Below, piece after piece: positions 1 to 12,100 of a DNA stretch of 64,000 nt; within the stretch, counting starts at the first letter, position 1, and every line of letters begins with the position of its first letter. Location of the stretch: assembly GCF_963921235.1 (NCBI RefSeq), contig NC_086108.1, forward strand, positions 69,442,001 to 69,506,000, in the 5' to 3' direction. The notes below the pieces were generated by a model that was given only the letters and a program-made list of their open reading frames with translations, searched no databases and was not told where the DNA came from. The position numbers and the translations under genes were made by a program. Source of the DNA: Mobula hypostoma (taxonomy: Eukaryota).

Positions 1-1173
1 TGCCACAATCCACCAGGAACTGTAAGGCTGCCCAGACACTTGGTCACACCTGGATGACACTGTTGTAACCAGTAAGGATGACAAGAAACGTCTCAAAATC
101 TCAAGACAGTGTTAAAAAGATTACAATATTATGGGCTAGAGCACGATGCAACAAGTGTGAACTCTTTAAACCAAGCATCACTTACTGTGATCTCACCATT
201 GACGCACAAGAATTACACAAATGTGCTGAGGAAATTCAAGCAGGGGTGGATGCTCCAAGGTCAAGCAACATACCACAGTTGCAGTCTTTTTTTTTAAGAG
301 TTTCTCAATTCCTATAACAGGTTCCGGCCAAACCTGACTACCGTGCTCCACCCTTGAACTCATTACTACAGACTGGGAGGAAATAGCAATGGACAAAGTG
401 GTGTGAGGTGGCTTTCCAAAAGGTACAAGAAATGGTGGCAACACACACTCTACTCACACATTAAGATCCACAATGTCCAGTGAAGCTTCCCTGTGACATT
501 TCAGCTAATGGTATAGGTGCAGTTATGTCACATGTTATGAGTGATGGAAGTGAACGCCCCATAGTCTTTGCATCACTTTCCCCTACTGCTGCAGAGAAAA
601 ATTATGCACAGATTGACAGAGAGGCCTTGAGTCTGGTTTGGGCTGTAAAACTTTTCAATCAGTACTTGCATAGGAGAGAGTTTACCCTCATTATTGATCA
701 TCAACCACTGGTGTCCATGTTCAATCCACAGAAGGGTGTTCCACTAACAGAGGCAGCACAAGTGCAGAGATGGGCTCTGTTTCTTGGAGGACACAATTAC
801 AAGACTGAATTAAAGAGGAAAACTAATCATGGAATTGGTCCCAGTTATCCTTGCAAAAGGAAATACTAGAAAAATTAACAAAAAAAGACACTCCTTTTGA
901 CATACTCTCCCTAATGCAAATCAATGGCAGAAATAATCCAAAGGGAAACCAGAAAAGACCCTGCACTGTCTCAAGCCTGCAGGGTCGCTGAAAATTGCGT
1001 TGGAATGTGCAGCAGAAATTCCAGTTTCCCCATTTTTATTAGCGCTGGGATGAGTTTGCCCTTGACAGAGGTTGCCTTATGTGGGGATTGACAGTCGTTG
1101 TACCATCCAAGCTGAGAGCTAAATTGTTGGAGGAGCTACATGCTGGTCATCTATGTGTGGTCAGAATGAAAGC
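1..1173 (+). mobile_element. Degenerate Ty3/Gypsy pol fragment (RT end, RNase H, start of integrase zinc-binding region)
   Basis: ORF 480-869 has the Gypsy RNase H pattern (CDISANGIGAVMSH...ERPIVFAS...EKNYAQIDREAL...FTLIIDHQPL...QRWALFL). Downstream LLEELHAGHLCVVRMK resembles the integrase H-H region. Frameshifted; cut by a CR1 at ~1174. Confidence 0.85.
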
Positions 1174-2456
1174 AAGCCAGTTCTGTATCCACAAAGCAAG
1201 GTCCCCTTGGATCTCATGCCTCCTTACTCTCTCAATAAGCCTTGCATGGGGTACCTTATCAAATGCCTTGCTGAAATCTATATACATGTCATCTACTGCT
1301 CTGCCTCCATCAACATGTTTAGTCACATCCTCAAAAAATTCAATCAGGCTCGTAAGGCACGACCTGCCTTTGACAAAGCCATGCTGAATATTCTTAATCA
1401 TATTATGCCTCTCCAAATGTTCATAAATCCTGCCTCTCAGGATCTTTTCCATCAACTTACCAACCACTGAAGTAAGGCTCACTGGTCTATAATTTCCTGG
1501 GCTATCTCTACTCCCTTTCTCGAATAAGGGAATAACATCTGCAACCCTTCAATCCTCCGGAACCTCTCTCATCCCCATTGATGATGCAAAGATTATTGCC
1601 AGAGGCTCAGCAATCTCCTCCCTCACCTCCCACAGCAGCCTGGGGTACATCTTGTCCAGTCCCGGAGACTTATCCAACTTGATGCTTTCCAAAAGCTCCA
1701 GCACATCCTCTTTCTTAATGTCTACATGCTCAAGTTTTTCAGCCTGCTGTAAGTCATCCCTACAATCGTGAAGATCCTTTTCTGTAGTGAATACTGAAGC
1801 AAAGTTTTCATTAAATACCTCTGCTATCTCCTCCGGTTCCATACACATTTTTCCACTGTCACACTTAATTGGTCCTATTCTCTCACATCTTATCCTCTTG
1901 CTCTTCACACACTTGTAGAATGCCTTGGGGTTTTCCTTAATCCTGCTCGCCAAGGCCTTCTCAAGGCCCCTTCTGCTCATCTGTTTTGTTCATGATGTTT
2001 CTTGCATTAAAATAGACACATCTCAAACCATCTGTCTGAGTGTGTATCCCTTCTCTATCACCTGTCTATCTTCCCTCCTGCACTGTCTCCAAGCTTCCTC
2101 TATTTGTGAGCAAACCACCCCTTCCTCCGTCTCTTCAGTTTGGTTCCCACACCCCAGCAATTCTAGTTTAAACCCTCCCCAGCAGCCTTTGCAAACCTCC
2201 CTGCCAGGATATTGCTCCCCCTCGGATTCAAGTGCAACCCGTCCTTTTTGTACAGGTCACGCCTGCCCAAAAGAGTTCCCAATGATCCAGAAATCTGAAT
2301 CCCTGCCCCCTGCTCCAATCCCTCAGCCACACATTTATTCTCCACTTCACTCTATTCCCTTATTCACTGTCATGTGGCACAGGCAATAATCCCGAGATTA
2401 CTACCTTTGAGGTCCTGCTTCTCAACTTCCTTCCCAACTCCCTGTAGTCTGTTTTC
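1174..2456 (-). mobile_element. CR1 LINE fragment with internal deletion (ORF1 esterase end joined to ORF2 tether/RT)
   Basis: Minus ORFs show QHGFVKGRSCLTSL, DFSKAFDKVPH and KSPG. ORF 2163-2345 (DGLHLNPRGSNILAGRF...GLN*) matches the end of the CR1 ORF1 esterase. The endonuclease region is missing. Confidence 0.85.
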
Positions 2457-3162
2457 CTTAAGGTACACATATTCTCAGAAAGCTGGAAATGTTATGAGGG
2501 CATCAGCCAAAATCACTGATTAAAATGACAGAACATAAAAGGGAAAGATTTGGCTCAGTTCTGCATGACTGCAGATCATTCACTATGTTCTGAATGAAGT
2601 TAATTTTTTGCTTTGCAAAAGTAGAAAGATGAAACAGAAAACAGACTGTCAATTGAAAAAAATATTAGATAATATCTTTTCAAGAATACCGCAAACGCAA
2701 TTAGTGTCATTTATAATCTGTAGAACTTGGAAGCCTGTGCAGGTAACTATAGTTCTTTATACTGCTGTAAGCTTACAGCTAAGCCTCCCTTATAGATGGC
2801 TTTAAAATATTGAATGTTTGTTAAAATATTCACTATGAAGTAAATAGCAGATAAATAATCAACATACAAAGTATAAATTCAGAGTTTAGAGAGAAGTCAA
2901 AGTAAAGATTTTAAAAGTCTCCCTGTTCAAATTTTAATGTATTTATCCTGATTAAAAATTAAAAATTCCTGAAATCAAAACTGAACTTTCTGCTTTTCAT
3001 GAACCAGGGGTATGACCAGTTCTGGCACAGTAGCACAGTCTGGTTGAAATTCATTAAGCTCACCACAGAATGAGAATGAACCCTTGAGTCATGCAGCCTG
3101 CTTGATGTAGAGCTGCACTGCCTACTGATCCTTACACCAAAGTATATTTCATTATTACATGG

Positions 3163-3845
3163 ATTAGGGTTAGGTTCATCCATCGTCATCAGTGAAGACC
3201 TTGACACCATTAGTACCTTTTTTTAAAACGAGGTCAAGTTGCTAGCTCAACGCTCAACCCAGCACAGATGCAGCTGGTCGGATTCGAACTCGGGACCTCT
3301 CGCCCTGAAGTCCAGCGCTGATGCCACTACGCCACCAGCCGGCTGATGGTGTCGAGACTAGTGCTTGATTTGGATTTAAGTGAGGGAGAGTTGCGCAACG
3401 TCAACCTCACTCTCTCTTCCCAATTCCCATTTGGATCCAGTGGCAAGACAAAAGTCGAGACAGCTGGAGATGGGACTAGGCGCAGTGGATGACCAGGACA
3501 TCTTCTGTGTCTTGTCATGTTCTACGCGTTCCACGACGCTTGCAGAGATCGCCTTCTTGACCATTGGACCTTCCGCTAGTCTCGTCCGCTCAATCCGCCG
3601 GAGTCTGTCTTCACATGCTGGGATAGACAACCCCCTATCTCACCGAGGGTTTGAGACCCGTCAGCTACCCTCACCTGGTTTAGCCGGCTTGTCAAAGCCG
3701 TTGCCTGGGGTGTGGCCGCTGTCGCATGCAAACAGCTACGGGGAGCCACAGGTCAGAGCTGAGTGCCAGGTGGGGACCAAAGGTGCGCTAACCACCTTGA
3801 AAAGGACGCGACATGTTCCCCCACCAGAGGTGCTACCCCTCCCTG
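3163..3845 (-). mobile_element. Non-autonomous RTE-type element (5'UTR-derived) interrupted by a SINE
   Basis: GC/CpG-rich block in AT-rich flanks. It contains GGCAACGG...GCTAAACCAGGTGAGGGTAGC, which I recall from RTE 5' regions, and ends in a short CCTAA-type tail. No RT coding remains. Confidence 0.55.
3218..3343 (-). mobile_element. tRNA-derived SINE
   Basis: Minus strand reads GCCGGCTGG-TGGCGTAGTGG (A box)...GAGTTCGAATCC (B box), then a non-tRNA body and an A7 tail. Confidence 0.8.
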
Positions 3846-4829
3846 ATACAATGGAATACAAAAGTAAGGAACAAGGAAAACTGATTCATAAATGCAAATA
3901 TTAGTGATACTGTTTTTACTTTCACTAATCCTTGGTAATTTTCTGGAAACGTACAAGGAAGGCATGCTTGAAATATAACCACACCTCTACCATAAAGCCC
4001 CATCCTGGGAACAGTCCCTGTTAACATGGGTGACAAAGTAAAAGAGGTTTACACGCTGGAAAATATTCTGATTTTATTTTCTATCTGCATCATTGTTTTT
4101 TAAAATATTTAATTACTGTTCCTGTGCACCACATACAATTACTTGAAAAGTTGTAACAGTAATAGCAACATTTCCTCATGGGTAGGGCTGATTGACTATT
4201 ATTGGGCAAATAATCCAGTAGTTAATGGGTGGGTAATGTTTAACTGCATTACTGATTTTATTGTTTAGCTGAGGTATGCTAGCCCTCTAGGAGGTTTATA
4301 ACATGACATTTAATCAGATTCAGATGCCTCTGTAGTTAGGACAAAGGCTGGAATGTAACTGGATATGCCAGCAAATGGGAGGCTAACACACCCTTCAACA
4401 ACTGGGCATGTAGCAAAATGAATAGGCTGCACAGTTTAACAGGAACTACTGGGAATTAATAATATTTTCTCACAATGCAATGTACATATTCCAATAACTA
4501 CTTGTATATATTTTCCTTTCTACAGTTTGTTTTTGTTTTTAATAAGAGACTTATAACCGCACAATTCAGACAGCCAGACCTGTCCTATCACATTATCTCA
4601 TTTGGAATAAACAGGAAAAATTAAATCAGAAAGGACTTTCGAACAAACAGTAGAGTGTCGTTCATGTCATTATGACCAAAAGCTGAAATGATCACAGATT
4701 CACACAGTAATTTGGTTTTATGTCACTGCAAACCCCTCTGTCCTTCAGATAACATTGTCTCCTTTTTCCAGGAAGCAGGACAAAATATACATAACCATCA
4801 CCTCAAATCATGGAAGCCTGTAAAATCTG

Positions 4830-5045
4830 ACCTGTTTCTGTATAATGTTGGGGTACAGTAATGATGGACACATCTCTCTCAGTGTAACACTGGGGTGTAG
4901 ATCTGGCAGATACAGATATGCTTCTGTACAAGACTGGGTTATGAAATAGTTCAGTACATGTATAACACTGGTGTGCAGAACAAGCTTGCGTCAGTATAAC
5001 ACTGGGTGGTGCAGAGCTATCCAAGTATATCACTTGGGTAAAGTG
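4830..5045. repeat. Degenerate minisatellite-like array (~30-40 bp units)
   Basis: Recurrent motif: GTATAATGTTGGGGTACAG, GTGTAACACTGGGGTGTAG, GTATAACACTGGTGTGCAG, GTATAACACTGGGTGGTGCAG, GTATATCACTTGGGT. Confidence 0.55.
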
Positions 5046-5689
5046 CAATATTAGGAGTGGTGATGTGGTGCAGAAGTCTTGTCACTCCAAGGATCCATGC
5101 TTAATCCTGACTTCATGCACTGAGTGGGTTTACACATCTTCCCTAAGTCCATGCAGATTTCTTCTTCTTCGGCTGGTTTCAGCACGCATACAGAAGAAAT
5201 GTGCTGAGGCTATACAGCCTCTGAAAAATCCCCCTCCTCATGATGGGTGGCAGGAGAATTGGGGGAGTTGATGGACATGCCAGAGAAAACAGGTTACGGG
5301 GGAATAATGGGAAATAAGACTGATGGAATTGCCCTGAGAGACCTAAGTGTTGTATGAAATGTTACATTTTCTTGTAGTTCTCAAGTGTTAATCTAAGGTG
5401 ATCATCATCTGATTTCTGGAAAGAATATTACTGTCCTATTTGAAATTATAATTTATTCACAAATCTTACATATTATGTTCTATTTACTCAGCAACAGCCA
5501 ATGATTTCATGATATTGGAATTAGAATTTATTTGCCCAATCTGGTGACATTCCCTTCAAGGAAAAAAAATGAAATAACTCTATATAACGATGGCAATCTC
5601 CACCCTTCTGTGAGGTACTAAACATACAAAGGCTTGAATCTCAAGGCAAAGGTTAAGAATGCTGTGGTGCAACTTTTTCCACAGCTCCG

Positions 5690-6817
5690 TGTCAATGGAT
5701 ATTGTTTACTTGGATTATCAGAAGGCCTTTGACAAAGTGCTGCCCACGAGGCTGCTAAACAAGAAAAGGGCTCATGGTATATAGGAATGATACCAACATG
5801 GATGGAAGATTGGACGGACCAGCAGCAGGCAGAGAGTGGGAATAAAAGGGGCCTATTCCGGTGTTCCACAGGGGTCAGTGTTGAAACTGCTTCTTTTCAC
5901 TTATATGCCAACGATCTGGATGATGGAATTGTTGGCTTTGTGGGCCAAGTTTGTAGACGAATCAAAGACAGATGGAAGGGCAGGTGGTACTGAGGAAGCA
6001 GGGAGTCTACAGAAGGATTTCGACAGATCAGGACAATGGGCAAAAGCGTGCAGATAGAATACAGTGCAGGTAAGTGTACAGTCATGCACCTTGGCAGAAG
6101 GAATAAAGGCATAGACAATTTTCTAAGCAGGAAGAAAGTTTAGAAATCAGAGGTGCAAAGGGACTTGGGAGTCCTAATGCAGGATCCCTAAGGGTGAACT
6201 TGTAGATTGATTTGATATTAAGAAAGGAAAAAGGAATGTTGACATTCATTTCGAGAGGACTGGAGTATAAAAGCAAGGGTATAATGCTGAGGCTATCAGG
6301 TATTGGTCAGCCCACATTTAAGGTATTGCAAGCCGTTTTGGGCCCCTTATTGGACAGGGTCCAGAGTAGCTTCATAAGGATGATCCCAAAAATAAATGGT
6401 TGACATATGAGAAGTATTTGAAGGCCCTAGGCCTGTATTTACTGGAGAATAAGGGGGAGGGGATCCCATTGAACCCTATCAAATATTGACGATCTTGATA
6501 GAATGAACGTGAAGAGGATGCATCCTACATTGAGGAAGTCTAGCCTTAGAATAGAAGGATGCACCTTTAGAATAGAGGTGAGGGGGAATTTTATTGGCTA
6601 GAGGGTGGTGTATCTGTGGAATTAGTTGCCACAGACACCTGCAGCAGCCAAGACATTGGGTATATTTAAAGTGGAGGTAGATAGGTTCTTATTTAACAAG
6701 GGTGTCAAAGGTTAAGAGAATGGGGTTGAGAGGGATAATAAATCAGCCATGATGGAATGGCAGCGCAGACCTGATGGGCAGAATGGCCTAATTCTGCTCC
6801 TACACCTTATGGCCTTC
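5690..6817 (+). mobile_element. CR1 LINE 3' fragment (degenerate)
   Basis: GVPQGSVL and FVDESK RT remnants, ISRGLEYKS, and a CR1 3' end (GAATGGCCTAATTCTGCTCCT...CTTATGG). Confidence 0.85.
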
Positions 6818-7741
6818 ATTTGTTGGAAAAGTTTCTACATTGACAATTGCAGGTAAATGGTCTAAAGTCAAATTACTACCCTTTCATCTCCTTAGCCCAT
6901 GACAGAAAGTATTATTTTGTTTTAAGAGAATCTCATCCAATTTCAAGCTTATTGAGGACCATCTTAAACGCTACTTTAGACACAGGATGGTACCTGGAAA
7001 TTTCCACACAAAGAAGTTCAGATTTGATTTTTTTTTTAAAATCACAGAGACTTATCCAGGAAAGGCCAACTATCCATCCAATTAAACCCAGAAAGAGAAT
7101 AGTATTTTCTTAGTTTATTTTAATATTATGCTTTCACTTACAAATGAGGTGCATATATAGTGTTAGAGCACTCCATCAATTTCATTTGGTGAGAAATGGA
7201 AGGATCATCCCACATTCTAAACAAGGCTACATCATAGGCTGGACAGTTGGTAACACTTGAGGAAGAATCAGGCCACATACAAATCCCAGTTACGTACGAA
7301 TACCTAAGGTTAGGTGAACTTCACAACCACTAACCTATCGCAAGATTAACAACTACATGACTATTAGAACATCTTGACGCAAAATCTATTCAAAGGCTGA
7401 CTGAACCAAAATTAGTTCCTGAGGACAAGATCTTAGCCAGCAATTTGAGAGATTAATTATGTTCTAGGAATGGCAGCTGACCTGGTGAACTGGAGACAAA
7501 TCATCTGTGATTTAGCTGAAACTAGTCCCATCTCAGAATCAGTGGGTTGTGAAACTGTGCCATGTGTAAACTGGGTGCTAGGTTTCCTATATTAGCAACT
7601 CTACTTCAAAAGGTATTCTTTATTGCCTACAAATTACTTTGGGATAACATGTAGATGCGTACATTCCCACTGACCAGTTTAATATGCTTGTGATTTAAAC
7701 TCAGCAAAAGCCATTACCAAGTAAGGCTGTTAGGTTTCACT

Positions 7742-9456
7742 ACATGTGCCTGGAGGCGGAGGAGGTTAGGGAGGTCCTAAATGAATACTTTGCTTCAGTA
7801 TTCACAAGTGAAAAGGATCTTGATCAGGGTGAGATCGAAATAGAACAGGCCTGTGTGCTGAATGATGTGGAGATTAAGGACGAAGTGTTGGATCTTCTTA
7901 AAAACATCAAGATTGATAAATCCCCAGGGCCAGAAGTGATATACCCCAGGTTGCTGTGGGAAGTGACAGAAGTGATCGCTGGAGCAGTAGCTATGATCTT
8001 TGAATCCTCTTTGGCTGCAGGGGAGGTGTCCCTTGTTTAAAAAAGTTAATAGGGAGAATCCTGGGAAATATAGACCGGTGAGCCTTATGTCGGTGGTCTG
8101 CAAACTATTGGAAAGGATTCTTAAGGATAGAATATACGAGCATTTGGAGAAGTACAGTCTACTCAAGGATAGTCAACATGGCTTTGTGAAGGGAAGATCG
8201 TGCCTCATGAACCTAACTGAGTTTTTTGAAGAGGTAACAAAAGAAATTGATGTGGCTAGGGCAGTAGATGTGGTCTACATGGATTTTAGCAAGGCATTTG
8301 ACAAGGTCCCCCACAAGAGACTCATCTGGAAAGTCATGAGGCATGGGATCAGTGGAACCTTGGCTGTTTGGATAAAAAATTGGCTTACAGGAAGAAAGCA
8401 GAGGGTAGTAGTGGAAGGAAAGTATTCTGCCTGGAGGTCAGGGACTAGTGGAGTGCCGCAAGGATCTGTCCTGTGACCCCTGCTCTTAGTGATTTTTATA
8501 AACGAACTGGATGAAGAGGCGGAAGGATAGGTGAGTAAGTTTGCAGATGACACGAAGATCGGAGGAGTTGTGGATGGAGCTGTAGGTTGTCGAAGGTTAC
8601 AAGAGGATACAAAAGGTTACAGGATGCCGAGTGGCAGATGGAGTTCAATCCGGATAAGTGTGAGGTGATGCATTTTGGAAGGACAAACCAGAAGGCTGAG
8701 TACAGGGTTAATGGCCGGTTACTTAAGAGTGTGGATGAACAGAGGGACCTTGGGGTTTAAATCCATACATCCCTCAAGGTCACTGCACAGGTTGATAGGA
8801 TAGTTAAGAAGGCCTATGGGATGCTAGGCTTCATTAATAGGGGGACTGTGTTCAAGAGTAGAGAGGTCATGTTGCAACTCTACAAATCTCTGGTGAGACC
8901 ACACTTAAAGTATTGTGTTCAGTTCCGGTCACCTCATTATAGGAAGATATGGAAGCTATGGAGAGGGTACAGAGGAGATTTACCAGGATGTTTCCTGGAT
9001 TGGAAAACCAGTCTTATGAGACAAGGTTAGCAGAGCTGGGACTTTTCTCTTTGGAGCGTAGAAGGATGAGAGGGGACTTGATAGAGGTCTACCAGATTAT
9101 GAGAGGCATAGATAGGGTGGATAGCCAGTACCTCTTTCCCAGGGCATGAATAGCAAACACCAGAGGGCATGTGTACAAAGTTAAGGGAGGGAAGTTTAGA
9201 GGAGACATCAGGGGTAAGTTTTTTTACCCCTGTGAGGGTTGTGAGTGCCTGGAATGACTTGCCAGGGATGGTGGTGGAGGCTAAAACATTAGGGTATTTA
9301 AGAGCCTCTTGGACAGGCACATGGATGAAAGAAAAATAGAGGGTTACAGGGTAGTGTGGGTTTAGTACTTTTTTTTAAGGAATATATGGGTTGGCATAAC
9401 ATCGAGGGCTGAAGGGCCTGTACTTTGCTGTAGTATTCTAGTGTCTAGTGTCTAGT
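7742..9456 (+). mobile_element. CR1 LINE, 5'-truncated, RT to 3' tail
   Basis: ORFs with KSPGP, YRPVSL, QHGFVKGRSC, DFSKAFDKVPH and GVPQGSVL (stops and frameshifts present). Tail is TTCTAGTGTCTAGTGTCTAGT. Confidence 0.92.
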
Positions 9457-10264
9457 CTCTACTAGATGGAGGTCAGCAACTTAATCTCCAAAGCTGGAGT
9501 AAGGAAAGCGAAGGATGACAAGGAGGAGATTTTATCAAGATCTAAAGAACCAAGCACAAACTGTTATTCTGCCAAGCATATCACAGGGAAGCATAGTGTT
9601 TTCAATATTATCTGCAGATAAATAACATTGATTGAATGTGCTCTATTCTTCCAAATAACCTTAATAAGCTGCATCAGGCCACACATCAGCCATGTTTATT
9701 CAATCCATCCTGGTGGATATCGAAGTTTTGAACAAAAGTATCGTTCAGATCTTATGAAAGCAGCATTGTTACATCCACAGATCATAAAATCCTTCAAAAT
9801 GTTCAACTGTTTCAGGAGTTATAGGGTAATAAACATCACGATTCACATAAATAATCTATAATACCAATAGAAATTACTCTAAGCAGATGTTAAATTGCAA
9901 TCAGTACTGGTTTGCCTTCATAGGCAATTTTTTTAAGGTGGGCATGTTCCCCCCCATCAAACTTCTAACCTTCACTGCCCAGTCTAAATACCAATCAGAA
10001 CAGGGAATCATATCTAGATTTGCAACCTGAAATAACTTTGCTTCTGATCTAAATGAGCTTTCGTATATTTAGTTTTTCACTTGATTTTTTAAAAATCCTT
10101 TAATATGTAATTTATTGCTGATCTTCATAAATTTCTCAGCCACAGATGCTTCTTGGGCCTCCAAACAAACACCACACACATCAATGGCTCTCTGATCAGT
10201 GCCACCCCACCACCACCTCTTGACCACTCATCTGTCATGGACTTGTCCATCTCTTTATTTAACA

Positions 10265-10364
10265 TCAGCACCATGGTCTTGAAAAACATTGTCTCGTTTT
10301 TACTGTGTACTATACCAGCAGTTATGGTCAAAATGACAATAAAGTGTGACTTGACTTGACTTGA
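10265..10364 (+). mobile_element. LINE 3' terminus (Rex1-like) with (CTTGA)n tail
   Basis: ACAATAAA followed by GACTTGACTTGACTTGA. Confidence 0.55.
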
Positions 10365-11258
10365 CATGAAATACTGGTTGGGTGGAAAACTCCTCTAACT
10401 GAACACAGAAAAGGACAAAGCTGTTGTCTTCAATCTCCACTACAGATTTTCTCCTAGTCAGCATCTTTATCTTGCTCCCTGATCACTGTGTGAAGACAAA
10501 CCAGACTTGATGAAATCCTGGTGGTTCACTGAAATTAAACAGGGTTTAATGACTAAATAAATCTACAAATTTCCAGCTCCATAAAATGTACCTAAACCCT
10601 TTGTAAATGTAGATCATATCTTTTGCTTTATTAGTTGTTAACTTGAATACTCCTGCATCCTTCTGTTTACCCCCACATCTTTCACCCTCCATGAGCTTCA
10701 TTTCATCCAAAACTCCGACCCTGTGTTACAAGTGACACCAAATCATATTCATCCAAGTGCAGATCGATGTAAAGTAGCTTCCAATTATCAGGCCTCCATT
10801 TTCAATTTCTATCCTTCATTTCAAATTCTTTATACCTCCATAAATTAGCTTAACAGACTTGCAAATTGTTAATTATATCCTCACAGCTCATCAACTTTAA
10901 TGGCTCCACTGGTGATGGCTGAATCTTTAACTGCCTAGGCCTGGGCTCTGTGTTGTCCTCCAAGACCTACTGTGCATCTTTCTCACTTCTTATTTTCCAT
11001 TTGCTCCTTCACCCTAACTCATTAGTAAAGCACTTGATCATCTGATTTTTTATATTTTCCCTTGGTTTCAAGCATTGTGTTATAATATACCTTGTAGGAA
11101 GTGCCTTCAGGCACATTAATACCAGGTGTGTATGTGAAGACGTTATAATACAAATAAGGCAGTACACATCAAATGAAATATTAGGAGAGCATGGAATGTC
11201 CTCTCACAAAACAATTCAGCTAAGTAATACATTCAGATAAAGATTAAATGCTACTCAC

Positions 11259-11363
11259 TTTGAATGGAGCTTATCCAAAGCATCTTCAAATTTGTTGCTT
11301 AGAAACAAGTCCAGAGCCACCACACATTCATCCAGTGATGTTTTTAAGTCCAGTTTAGATGAC
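11259..11363 (-). CDS. TTC39A: Tetratricopeptide repeat protein 39A, coding exon 2 (105 nt)
   Basis: cag|G...AA|gtgagt splice sites. Translates SSKLDLKTSLDECVVALDLFLSNKFEDALDKLHS(K), which aligns by eye with the TTC39 N-terminus (human TTC39A ...[30 protein letters not shown]). Paralogue assigned by position downstream of EPS15 on the same strand. Confidence 0.88.
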
Positions 11364-11719
11364 CTGCCCCAAAGATTTTTAAAGATTAATTAAAATAACC
11401 AATAACCCAATTTGCATTGATAATAATATTTCTTTGAAAATCCTGTTTTGATTAAAATGTTGTTGTGAAACATATTTTGCATTTCTATTCTGAGGATTCC
11501 TATTAAATTATAGTTCATACCAATCATAGGTATCCAAGTGCCAATCATTATATGATGAAATATTTAAAACAAATTGCTCAACTCATTTGAGATCCTGAGA
11601 AACTGAGTTAGCATTTATGTTATTTATGGAACTGTAAAAGTAATGAAGACTACCTACTGGAGATCATTTACTGCAATATAAGTAATGCAAAATTTCCATG
11701 ACTTAAAAACTTATCACCC

Positions 11720-12100
11720 TCATCATTATGAGCCATGTCATATTATGTAGACAATCATGGTCTATCCATGACCATGTCTGTTCTTGGCAAATTTTTCTAC
11801 AGAAGTGGCTTGCCATTGCCTTCTTCCAGACAGTGCCTTTACAAGATGGGTGACTCCAACCATTGTCAATACTCTTTAGAGACTGTCTAACTGGCTAGTG
11901 TGTGGTCACATAACTAGGTCTTGTGATGTGCACCAGCTGCTCATATGACCACCAACTGTTCTCATGACTTCATGTGACCCTGAACAGGGCGGGGGCTAAG
12001 CAGGTGCTACACCTTGCTCAAGGGTGACCTGCAGGCTAGCGGAGGGAAGGAGAGCCTGACACCTCCTTTGGTAGAGACGCATCTCCACCCTACCACCCAA
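11720..12100 (-). mobile_element. RTE-related SINE-like element (partial second copy at ~36510-36615)
   Basis: GTTCTTGGCAAATTTTTCTAC...TTGCCATTG is shared with 36568-36606. GAAGTGG.TTGCCATTGCCTTC is typical of RTE-mobilised SINE 3' ends. Confidence 0.6.

Noticed and set aside
3164..3174. TTAGGGTTAGG as an interstitial telomere
   Set aside because: Under two units; better explained as the simple-repeat tail of the adjacent element.
3270..3343. Functional tRNA gene
   Set aside because: Has A and B boxes but an imperfect cloverleaf, and continues into a SINE body and A-tail.
3380..3904. 174-aa ORF as a novel gene
   Set aside because: Lies antisense within a GC-rich repeat; no recognisable domain or splice context.
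1..11258. TTC39A exon 3 (expected SMYH...QAMMTFD-like peptide)
   Set aside because: Not found by eye on the minus strand; probably left of the window, though I may have missed it.
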